A DNA stretch of 64,000 nucleotides. Source: Mobula hypostoma. Its lineage: Eukaryota. Below, one piece after another: positions 50,300 through 61,495 of this stretch. Position 1 is the stretch's first letter. The number at the start of each line of letters is the position of its first letter. A model generated the notes under the pieces. That model saw nothing but the letters and a program-made list of their open reading frames with translations. It was not told where the DNA came from and did not search any database. A program made the translations under genes and the position numbers. The stretch spans positions 25,544,001 through 25,608,000 of the forward strand of contig NC_086106.1 in the NCBI RefSeq assembly GCF_963921235.1. Reading direction: 5' to 3'.

Positions 50300-50625
50300 G
50301 AAGTCTCCAACCTCAGCTACGGGAAACTGGGATTCCAATTCGGTAGTCTCACTTCCACTGCACTCTTGTCTGTAGGCATGGGCCAGCTTCTCCGGGGACC
50401 ACAACAGCACGAGGCTAAGCAACTGCTGTCACATCTTCCCCAGCCTGGACGAAAACGAAATCGTTGCCCACTGCTTGGTAAAACTATCTCCGTCACTGCA
50501 CTTTGATCTATCGATTTTCGCAACGAAAGGCAGGAGGGTGCTTCATCCGGGAAATTTTGAGGTACTATGAAAAACTCACCCGACACAATTAGTATGATAA
50601 ACAGAAATGGGACCCTGATCAGGAT
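50300..50625 (-). pseudogene. Possible very divergent V relic
   Basis: A 46-nt hydrophobic leader (ATC start, ILIRVPFLFIILIVSG) followed by GTGAGT, and GCAGTGACGGAG resembling S-V-T-Q. Confidence 0.4.
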
Positions 50626-50709
50626 CAGCAGGATTCCAAGAAAATCGGGATTACTACCGTTTCTAGTCTGTCTGTTAGTAATTACCTCCGCCGAACACTT
50701 TCTTACTGG

Positions 50710-50843
50710 AAACAACAGGAATTCTGCAGATGCTGGAAATTCAAGCAACATACATCAAAGTTGCTGGTGAACGCAGCAGGCCAGGCAGCATCTATAGGAA
50801 GAAGCGCAGTCGACGTTTCAGGCCGAGACCCTTCGTCAGGACT
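50710..50843 (-). mobile_element. Approximately 134-bp Penelope tail insertion with an intact hammerhead motif (50808-50843)
   Basis: TSD ACTTTCTTACTGG at 50697-50709 and 50841-50853. The motif reads AGTC-CTGACGA-AGG..CCT-GAAA-CGTC|GACT. Confidence 0.85.
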
Positions 50844-53079
50844 TTCTTACTGGCTTCCTTTATATTTTTTTTTATTCGCCGCCCTTCCGTAACTTCATTT
50901 GACTTCCTGTTTCTTTCATATAGCGTCCTCGTCTTTGCAACAGCTTTCGTTATCGCCATGCTATTCCAATCTCTCTCTCTCTCCCCCCCCCCTCTCTCTC
51001 TCTCTCTCTCCCTCCCTCTATCACTCTCAAATTCTTAGGAACTAGATGGTTGCTCAGGTGGAAAGGTGACATTCGCCATGAGCGGAATAATTACCCTGTG
51101 TGAATTACTGATACTAATAAATTTCAATATTTCGTTGCACATCGTTGCACTGTAGCAGAGAATGGAACATAATATAGATCTCGATATATGCTATTATGTG
51201 GGTATTTCTTTTAGGTAATGCACTTCTAATCGACTGCATTTTGCACAAGCGAGTTTGAGTCCGACACTTGCTGACTGAGGTAATTTCAAATAGGATTAGA
51301 CGGTACGGTGTGATTTTATTACGACCCAAATGAATGAACGTTTGAATCAGAAAATCAATCAATTTCTGACAAGTTCAAATAACAACGTATTACTGAAACA
51401 ATTACTGGACATAACTAGAAATACTCAGTCTGCCTGGAAAGGCCTATGAAAATAAAGTTTCAGACCCTTCATGAGACTGTGAACTAAGTTGGGCAGTGTC
51501 ATCAATGGGATTGTTCCATGCATAACTCAAGATTAAAACGATAGTGGTAAAATATCAAGTTAGAAATTTGCAAACAGATCATTTCATTCTACTCCCCTTA
51601 CTTCGACAGTAAACGGAACATTCTGTCTGTTCTCTTTTCCAGTCGTGCAGGTAATACATTGTGTACAGGGATAGTTTCTGCTCTGCGTTTTTCAGAGTAA
51701 TGGGCCGCAGGATGAGATAGTCTGTTAACCCCCAATGCACTGGTTGTGGTCTTACTCTTTGCTGCAATGCATTATTTTGTTACTTTGGCTGTTACTTTCT
51801 TCTGCGTTCCAAAAGTGTTTATCTTATATTATCTCATCAAACAGTGCAATGAATTGTTCTATAAGATCGGAACCAATTCAACATTTCACAGTGTGTTGGC
51901 ACATTTCACTCTTTTATAAACGCAACTCTAACATCGGTATTTAACAAAATATTGGAAGGATGCCTTTGCCATTGACATATCTATTCTGGATACATTAAAC
52001 ATTCTTGTTTTGTCCTATCTTGTCACTCCTATTCCTTCTTCACAGAAAACTATCACAATTGTATCCTCTCTATGTATCATACTATAGATCCATAGGTGGT
52101 TTAACTTATGTAAATTATCAATAAAATGAAAAGTATTTGTCACAACATCTTATCTTTCAGTGGCATACCATTTGTTAAGCATCGTCAATCCGAGAACCAT
52201 CGATTTCCCACCACTCTCTGGTTTTCTTTATTGAATCAAAGTCAATAGATTCCACATGCGCATTCGCCTTGATCTGTATAATTTAATGTTGCACCGCATT
52301 CAATGTTTTCTATTTCCAAGTTCGAAGATAACGTCACTGTTTTTTCCTCATGAATCACTAACAATATGACAAAAAACAACGTTGAATATAGTTGGCAACC
52401 GTGATATGGTATCCCATGCAAAAGAAGGTATTTAGATATTGTAGATATCCAAGAAATACAATGTAATGCTTTCATTTGAGTTGAATGCAAGAATAGTACT
52501 CAAGCTTGACAGCTTTTGCGACCCAGCGACGCCCTTTTAGGTCGACCACGTTAATTTACTAATATCTGTGTCGGCTCCTTGCAGTTAAATGGCAAAACAG
52601 GCCCTCCACTGACATTTATTGAATCACCCATAGCTGTTTTATCTTTGTTTTTGTCCGTACCCGAGGTTTCCCTGCAAGACCGTGCTTCCTCATAACACAG
52701 AGGAACATGGTGCAGTTGCAACAAAGAGCTCCAACATATTCTTGGCATTAACTCTAACCGGACATTATGGAGAGCGCTCGAAATTTTCCTGAAAGTATTT
52801 TACAGATTCCCTGTAATGCTGACTGTACTAAAAGTAGTTACGCCAGCGCTAGTGTTGTGTTTTCTCTTTCTCAAACATTAATTGAAGGGAACCTTACATC
52901 CCTGATTTTTTTCACTCACTGAAAGGTAGAATATTGGAAGATGCCTGGCTTGCACTAATCTTACTAGAAATCAGTTGGACGCCACTCCCCGACATTTGCT
53001 AGGCAAAAGGCCAGTGCAAACTATAAGGAACAAAGGAATGGCGCATGGCGTCGGGCTTCTGACTCTGTCGAAAGGAAGT

Positions 53080-53338
53080 CTAGATCAAAATAGCTACTTT
53101 TAATTGAGAGAAATTGGGAATCACTAGTATAAGTAAAATTCAGTGTTATAGTCGGTCCCTCTTCGAGCTTTAATTCGGGAGGGTCCTGTTTTACTGAATC
53201 TTCCTTCTCGTTCTGCAAGAAAGCACACGTGTTTAAGTATCCCTGGTTTGCAATAAAACAACGGGACACTGATTGTTCATCACAGAGACTCACCGGACAG
53301 AACAGATAATTAAACAGTAAGGAACGGAAGGGGCGCAT
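53080..53338 (-). pseudogene. 5' V fragment with leader
   Basis: Leader ATG at 53338, GTGAGT donor, acceptor at 53213-53214. Reads EDSVKQDPPELKLEEGPTITLNFTYT (C23 to F), then truncated with no W41, C104 or RSS. Confidence 0.75.
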
Positions 53339-55681
53339 AGTGTTGGCACAGACGATAGATCAGAAGCAAAATTGTAGGGTGAGATTGGATCAGCGACATC
53401 GGTCTCCGTGGGTAAGACTTGGGGCGTTGTTCTGCTAAAGTATCAGATGATAATGCGGAATTGGATTTATTTAGGCAGAATTCGTCATTCACTTTCGTTC
53501 TTTTCCTCTCTGCTATTTTCTCCGTTCCATCAGTCATCGAAGTCATCAGAGAATCTGATAACTATCGCTGCCCTAGAGACTCCCTACACCCTATATGCCT
53601 GTCTTTCCACAAGTGTTTATTTTTGTCGTTCCCTCTCTACCGTTGGTGATCTTCCTCTCATTCCCTGCCCCGTCGCAGTCGCTGTAGCATTGAAATATTG
53701 AGGCTCCAAGACAAATGGGTGACGTGGTCGAGTGTTCAAGATGGACTAAATTTCCATTGTCTCTACATACGGGGGTTCCAATCCCACCCTGGTCTATCGA
53801 AGTCATTTCTGCTTCTGTTAATCAGTGTCGGTGCATTGACTTTTTTTTAACGGAAAGAATGGACGTTTAAATCCGAAATGACCCTAACGGCGACTCCTTT
53901 GCTTGCAACTTCAGAAACAGCTCTATTTCCATCTTGAATATCTCTATTTTTCCCTTCCAGGGTTGTTTTGAAGAGCCTGACCCGGCGTTACATGCTGACT
54001 TTAGATCTTTGCGGAAATGGGGCCCGCTCCCAGGGTTCCACGACTGGCCGTCATTCGATATCAAGGATGCGGCCTAAGAAATTAGTGGCTCAGGAGACTG
54101 GCGAACCGAAGGTCGGTGGCTCTGCAGGAATCCGGTATGTTCAGTGCACGGAAGAACGAAAGCAGCGAGCTGGCTGCCGGTTGTGTGCCCCTAGACCCTC
54201 TATATTTGGGCACAGAGCTCGGAAAACGGACTTTTGACATCGCAAATCGCTGATGTTTGTTATGTCTCCCCTCTGAATGTGAAACAGAGAGACCTCTTTC
54301 TCCCTTATACGGGAGACAGAGACCTGTAATATGTCGAATACCGGGTGAACAAATAGTCTTTCCGGTACTGCAAGTCTGGGTCTCTGCTGATGCTTTGCTG
54401 CACGCTTAAGTTACGGTGGTGGGTGCCGATGCTTTTTTTTTGCTGGTGGGGGAGAAGGGATTGTTGATTTGCTGCTGATACGCGTTGGACAGAGGAGCTG
54501 TGGGTGGTCTCTGGAGTTCTAACATTTAAATGTCGTTCATTCTTTGGCGGCACTCCTCTGTTTTTCCTGGATGGTTGCGAAGAAAACGTATTTCAGGATG
54601 TATAAGGTATATATTTCTCTGACATTAATTGTACCTCTGAAGCTTTTGAAATCTCAGCAGTGTTGACAAAGGGATAATTAGGGCCGCATGGCTTGAATTA
54701 CTCAGCTGGTCTGAAAAGGTCTGAGGGGAGTGAACGTTCAGGTTTTTCGTCAGCTCGTTCTCCTGTAAATGTTAAAGGGCACTAGCGCGCAAAAAAGAGA
54801 AGTCTCATATATCTTATATTCATCAGTATGGCCATTGCTGATCCAGCGTGAGAGGGTTAACGTGATTATGGACTCCTTAGATCAATTTATCGTAAAATGC
54901 AACTCGTTGAAGTCAACGTGGAAGAGCACAGCCTTTCCAAATTAGCTTGAAGTATTCTATATCTGTTTTGAACAGAAGAGAGCAGCTACGTTACGATCCA
55001 AACAGAGATGTTCCAATGCAAATAAAGCAACAGTCAGCGCCGTGGACGTAAGTTCCATCATCAGGAGACAACCTGTGGAAAGTACCTGGACTGGGTGGTG
55101 TCTAAGGCACTGCGGTTGGTTGCTGCACAACTCAGTTCGCGGGGCTACATGCTGAACATTTTCACCTCGTCCCACTTCCATATGAAGTTACCACCTGGCT
55201 TAGAATATCACTATTAAGTTTGCACTACAGAACAAATATAAAGTAACTTGCCTAATTGACCACCGGCCAGTGACTCTGAATCTCTGAATCCATCACCATT
55301 ACGTGATAATGGCACAGATTAACTCCAGCTATCCAGCCAAACTCGACCCACTGCTGGTCACTACTGCCAAAGCTCTACTTCCTAGTCTTACATGCATCTA
55401 CAGGTGTACTATAAGCGAACCCACATTCGCTAGACAGCTGTTATCGACTGCGCTATGTAAAGTCCCAGTTTGGGTGCGCGTTGTAATCAGGAACAGTTCC
55501 TTTAGCTGCCGCGCCCTGTGCTGCTGATTGCAGCGCTCTGAAGTAAGGCAGGAAACCATGGCTGATTTCCGGTTGCGCCCCTCCCACTTTCTGGGCAAAA
55601 AGGACGCCCTCCACTGAGAGCATTTTGGATTATTCAGGACCAGTTGTTCGATCGGCCCTGCCATCTGCATTCAACTTTATG

Positions 55682-56115
55682 ACACTCATTGCAGAAAGAT
55701 GCATACAGGAGTCCGAAACATGAGCTTAAACGATCTGCAATTGAGCTGTCTTGCTGCCTTCCTGCAGAGTAGTGGTGAATCTCTCTGGGCAATGTGGACG
55801 CCGCTCCATTCTTCCTGTGCTATATACCGTCAGCAAATAATTTGGAGGTTCTCCACAATGCTGAATCCACAAAAACATATCTGCATCATCGTTGGTATAA
55901 CTACAGTTCAGTGACATGGTCTGTCCTTTATCAGCCGTTACGTCGGGAGGATCCTGTGTCACTGAGTCATTGAACTACTCGTTCCTGCAATAAAGGACAG
56001 AATACATCAACGTCGCTGTCTTGTATTGAACACTGAGGAAATTCGCTGACCAGCTTCGCAGAAACTCACCAGGCAGCACAGCCAATTCAAACGCTAATGA
56101 ACAGAGGGACATCAT
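55682..56115 (-). pseudogene. TCR V pseudogene, group A2
   Basis: Intact leader and 85-nt intron, but a +2 frameshift at the exon start, TAA in FR3, C104 changed to S, and heptamer CATAAAG. Confidence 0.9.
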
Positions 56116-57959
56116 GCTGTATAATCTCTTGCTGGATTAACCGGCAGACTCTTTCCAGGTCGTAAATATCACTTAGCAGTTACTGTTGTGTGGGATCGTT
56201 GAAACGGTACCGTTTACTATGTGTAACACCGGGGACGTTTCCCTGGTTAAAGAATTCGCTAACACTAAGAACCGAGCCTTTCTGAGCGCCAGTCAGAATC
56301 CGTTTTGTTTCCATTCGTCATTCAGGGTTTTTCTCCGCTCAGTCAAGGTCCCGCGTCCACTCCCCGCCCTATCCCGTCTCTCTGTTTCGCTTTCTCTCTG
56401 TCTCACGCCCTCTCTCTCTCAGTGTGCCCAACTGCCTCTGTCCCCTGTTCTCTGCATAATCACAGCATATTCACAAACTTATCGATGTGTAATCCAGATC
56501 AAATATGAAGTTCACGTGGTCACTCCGTCGTCTTCGTCAATGTTATGCTGGAAGTATTTACTTATTCATTTGTTTATTTAGTTAGTTATTTGGAGATATA
56601 TCCCACAATTGTCCCTTAGATCAACATTTATTTGTCTTCCGTCAATATTCAATGTCAACAAGTGTTAATCTGGTTGTTCCCTAATCTTTGTTTGCTGTTA
56701 GGGAACCAATCTCCTATCCACGCCAATAGACTCCTGACAGCACCCTTTATGCAACCACCACACCTTTAGTTAAAAAAAACAACTCACATCTGGCAGTCCC
56801 CTTGTAATTTCTTCCCATCGCCTTAAAATACCGTCCTCTCTCATGACCCGTTTCCACCCTTAGGCAAAATCGCTGGCTGTGTACTGTATCTTGCCTCATG
56901 TCATATTATACATAGCTATTAACTAACCCCTCATCTTCCGTCTTTCCAAAAAAAGGTACTTGTTCGCAGAAACTAAGATGTCCCGGGAAATATACATGCG
57001 CTTGCGGATGTGCAACTGAACTTCAGCATTACGATTCATCCTCCTTTAATCATCAACGCAGAGAGCTTAATCCTCCCCAAACGATTGTACAAAAGAAGGA
57101 CAAAATGACTGAACATCCATTGCTCCTGCTGCACCTGCAACACACCCACTGCATATTCGCCCAAAGATTCACCGGGCAACATAGCCCATATATTCAGTAG
57201 CAATCAAGGAAGCACATGGCGTCTGCTTTCAAGCGCGATCTAAATCCAGATTACATACAAGAAGCTAAGACCACATTTTGAAAGAATGTTATCAGATACG
57301 CTGCACCTTTCATTTCGCGTAAAACCTGCGAATATTGCTCTGCTAAGTGGGAATTGAACCGGGGAAGGCACAGCTGAACCTGTTTAGCCACCGATCTGAC
57401 TGGAACTACTACACTCTGTTTAGTTCTATATTTCTGTTCTACTTGTCGATCTCAACCCACATCTCTTCGTTCCTTCTTTCTCCTATATTTCCGTCCCTGT
57501 TTCACTCAATCGCCCTCTGTCTGCTTATATATTCCAATCTTCATTTTTTTCTAAATCATCAATGCAGATATTAACTAGTTGTGGGAACATCGTTTAATCC
57601 AATTCCAGTCCACTTGGGATTCATTTTCAATCCGAAAGATAAACATCCATTTATCTCCACTTTGAGGAAGCTAATGTTAATAGACTCCATCTGAAATTTA
57701 TCTTCGTCTAAGCATTCAGTGTTACAGCTAATAGAATGCTGTCTGGTCATATACGCCCTCAGTATCCCCAGGTTGCAGTCATCTTCACTGCTAATCCCTC
57801 AAGGTGGAGAAAAATTATGCCTAGCAAAAAAAAAATAATAGCTGCAAATATTGTTATAGGCAAGAAGGATAGACATGGTCACCAAGATGTAGTGGAAATG
57901 TTCCAGAAAACTACCATGAAATCCCTAGGCAAAGCAAAATTTAAGAAGTGTTCCATAAA

Positions 57960-58178
57960 CGTGTTCCACGGGCAGCAGTGGAGGCCAAGTCATTGGGTGT
58001 ATTTAAGGCAGAGATTGATAGGTATCTGAGTAGCCAGGGCATCAAAGGTTATGGTGAGAAGGCGGGGCAGTGGGACTAAATAGGATAAAGTGGATCAGCT
58101 CATGATAAAATGGCGGAGCAGACTCGATGCGCCGTATGGCCTACTTCTGCTCCTTTGTCTTATGGTCTTATGGTCTTA
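57960..58178 (+). mobile_element. Short 5'-truncated CR1
   Basis: 3' UTR with a (TTATGGTC)n tail. Absent from the paralogous flanks at 21440 and 43510. Confidence 0.8.
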
Positions 58179-58275
58179 CAAAGTTGGGCGCATTTTGCTG
58201 CTGAAAGCCGCGTTTTAAGTTGACCACGTGATCCTCATGCTCTGCGCGTGCAGCTGTTCCAGTTTCCCAGCAAAT

Positions 58276-58290
58276 GTCGCCCTCTAGTGA
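58276..58290 (-). promoter_or_regulatory. CTCF-like motif 3' of a dead RSS
   Basis: Gene-sense TCACTAGAGGGCGAC. Confidence 0.55.
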
Positions 58291-58302
58291 TCACACAAGG
58301 CT

Positions 58303-58753
58303 GGATGTTGCCCGTAACCGCTGTCTCCCTGCAACACTGAGTGGTCCATTGAACAGAGGTATACGCCAAAGTCCGGGACAAGAATTCCAGAGATATTTAA
58401 CTGAGCTTATTCTGCGTTTGTGCACATCAGCTGGAAACCTCGTCGAATATTCTGGAGGCCGCTCCAGTGTTCCTGATCCATCTAGCTTCAGCAGTAATTT
58501 TTTCCGAAATTTGCCGCAATGCTGAGTGTATCCAAAATATTTGCATTAGTTCGTGTATAATTTCAGTGTTATGATCTGATTTTCGTCAGCCATTAATTTA
58601 GGAGCATCTTAGATCATTCAATTCTTTCCTCTCGTTCCTGCAATGAAGGGCAGGATGCAGTAATATCGCTGACTTGCACTGAGATAACGTGGCACTCTCT
58701 GGTCATGTCTGCAGGATGACGAATGTAATCAATGATAAACGTAGGGAATACAT
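58303..58753 (-). pseudogene. TCR V pseudogene, group B, with defective 23-RSS
   Basis: Leader ATG at 58753, donor deleted, exon 58342-58637 with early stops, ends GVYLCSM. RSS is CTCAGTG-23-GCAACATCC. Confidence 0.88.
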
Positions 58754-59482
58754 ACTCCCTGGCTTCAGCCTCGACAGAACGGCAACTTACTTCCGAGAAT
58801 GTATCACTACGACAAGTATTAAAGAGTAAAACTGTATCAAAATAGACTTCATGGTGTGCTGCTCAACGATGGCAGATAAAACAAACTGAGACTACATGAG
58901 AACGAATCAGAATCCCCTTTCTTTGAATTCCCATGTTTGCCTTTTTCCCGATGCTATAAATCTCTCTCTCTCTCTCTCTCTCCACCTTCTATCTATTTAT
59001 CTATCTTTCTCTCTTTTGCGCTCTTTCTCTCTGTCTCTCTTTCTCACTCTTTTGTTCTCTACCTACCTTCTTCTCTCTCTCTCAGTCTCAATCCGAGTAT
59101 TAACTTCTACTTTTTTTTCGATTTATCCACCTCTTTTGTTTGCTCTACCGGCTCACTCTCGCTTACATTGCCATTATATCCTGCTCTCTCCCTTCTTACA
59201 CTATGTGACACCATGCGAAGCAACATATCATTGGTTCATTCGCAAAATGTTGACTTTCAGCTGTTTCTGTTATCTAAAATCACCAGTCTTTTAAGTTGTT
59301 GACGAATTCCTTTCAATCTTTTAGCATTCCGCTGGATATCCCTTGTCAATAGCACACCGAATATTTATTGCCGTGGACCAGCTGGGCTTGGATGATGATG
59401 CGATACCGAAAGCACCCGTTAGAGCAAGCAAATACTGCGAACACAGGTGTCCGGATGCTGTATCGCTGTGGAAATTTGAGTG

Positions 59483-59888
59483 CTGATCTGCGAACGCTAT
59501 TCACTGGTGTCCGGCACAACGTTCCCGAAGATGTTTAAGCCTTTTTTGCCGAGAGACCGGAAAAACTAAACGGACTGTCCTCGCATAGACTAAATCTCCA
59601 ATCATGAATATTTTCATCGGTTTCCAGAATATTCAACGCACAACATATAGTCTCCGCCAGATTCCAAGCAACTGCAAATCAATGACATGGTCTGCCCTTA
59701 CACGTCCATTAAATCCCTCCTATTAGGGTCACAAAATATGCCCCACTCGTACCTATAAGAAGTCCCGAATGTGTGAGGGACGCCGGAACGCAGTGACCCT
59801 GCAGGGCACATTCTGACTGATTAGCCAGATTCAACAGCCAAGGTAGTCGATACAGAGAAATTCCAGGGTGTAGCTCTGGCGGGAACAT
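59483..59888 (-). pseudogene. Degenerate V relic, group D
   Basis: EGQTMSLIC FR1. FR3 LNIFGNVVPDTSE*RS aligns to LNISGIPVPDSGVYLC. Heptamer relic CACTCAA. Confidence 0.6.
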
Positions 59889-60261
59889 GGTACATTGCAT
59901 AATGTAAACTGAGGTTGATTCGAAGTGCCGAATGGCCTACTCCTGCACCTATTTTCTATGTTTCTATGTTTCTATATTACTTCGATAAAAGAGCAGTAAC
60001 GAATAGCAGAAAGCTTCCGGGAGAATCGGCGGTTCCGTTTCGAAGCATATGCGAATATTATTTCCAAATAAGGGCACTATAGCAATCCTAAGACTGCAGT
60101 GGAATAAATCGACTCCTCCTTCAAACCCCCTCCATGCATTTTGCCTCCGCCTCTCTCCGTCATGCTCCTATTCGTCTGCTTCCGTTCCTCTCTGTTACTG
60201 TCACTTTAAAGAGGGAGTTAATGTGCCTATTACACATTACTACACATCAGGTGACAACACT

Positions 60262-60608
60262 TGGGTTTGAGTACAGAGTACAGAGAGGAAATTAAGAACC
60301 TGGTGGCATGGTGCGAAGACAATGACCTATCCCTCAACGTCAGCAAGACGAAGGAATTGTTTGTTGACTTCTGAAGGAATATCGGACCGCACGACCAAAT
60401 TTACATCGGTGGTGCGCAAGTGGAACAGGTGAAAAGTTTTAAGTTCCTCGGGGTCAATATCACAAATGATCTGACTTGGTCCAAACAAGAAGAGTCCACT
60501 GCCAAGAAGGCTCACCAGCGCCTTTACTTCCTGAGAAAGCGAAGGAAATTTGGCCAGTCCCCTAAAACCCTCACTAATTTTTAAAGATCCACAGTAGAAA
60601 GCATTCTT
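60262..60608 (+). mobile_element. Rex1/Babar-like LINE fragment
   Basis: WCEDNDLSLNVSKTKELFVDF and KKAHQRLYFLRK. It is joined by a deletion to the V 3' end. Confidence 0.75.
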
Positions 60609-60616
60609 ACAGGACC

Positions 60617-61162
60617 AGTTTTACACAGATGACGGAATTCAACATAAGAGTTGGAAGGCTATGCAATTGAGCCGTTCAGCTGCCTTCATGCAGACTACTG
60701 ATGAATCTCACTGGGCAATTTGGATGCCGCTCCATTACTGCTGTGCTATAATTTGCTTCAGCAAATTATTTGGAGTTTCTCCATAGGGTTGCATGCACCC
60801 AAATCTATCTGCATCAGTGTAAATGTAATCACATTTGAGTGTAATGGTCTATACCCTCTCTCAGCCGTTCAGTCGGGAGGATCTGGAGTCACTGAACCTT
60901 TCCTACTATTTCCTGCAATAAAGGACACGATGCATCTACATAGCTCGCTTGTATTGAAAGCCGGGGAAAATCGCTGGCCACCTTCGCAGGCTCCCCAGGC
61001 AACACAGCCAATGCAATCAGTCTAACACAGAGATTAGATTAGATTAGATTAGATTAGATTAGATTAGATTAGATTGGATTGGATTAGATTCAACTGTATT
61101 GTCATTGTGCCGAGTACAGACACAAAGCGAATGGAATTCATTTATTAAGAGAGGGAAAGCAT
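60617..61162 (-). pseudogene. TCR V pseudogene, group A1; RSS-deleted, LINE-tail insertion in leader
   Basis: Same lesions as 8812-9317, with the (GATTA)n tract expanded at about 61031-61090. Confidence 0.85.
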
Positions 61163-61411
61163 GGTGTCTAATTTTAGTCTAGATCGAACGGCAGATTTAT
61201 TCCAGGACGTAATTAAAACTCAGCAGACATTGTGGTGTGAGATCGTTTCAGAACTACCTTCACTTTGTTCAAGGCCCGGAGCGTTTCCTTGGTTAAAGAT
61301 TCACTGACATGAGGAAACCGAAACCTTTCCGAGCACCGAACAGAATCAGCTTCGTTTCCATTCGGCATTCTGCTCGTTTCTCCGTTCATTCACCCCACCC
61401 ATCTCTCACAC

Positions 61412-61495
<84 letters not shown>

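Noticed and set aside
53870-54640. Probable interspersed repeat (similar ends at about 37700-38220 and 61760-62000)
   Set aside because: No TSD, terminal repeat or coding motif that I could verify, so it is not assigned to a family.
1112-61162. Pseudogenes as a gene-conversion donor pool
   Set aside because: No conversion tracts into the intact V genes were visible by eye, and most pseudogenes are heavily disrupted. Repertoire data would be needed.
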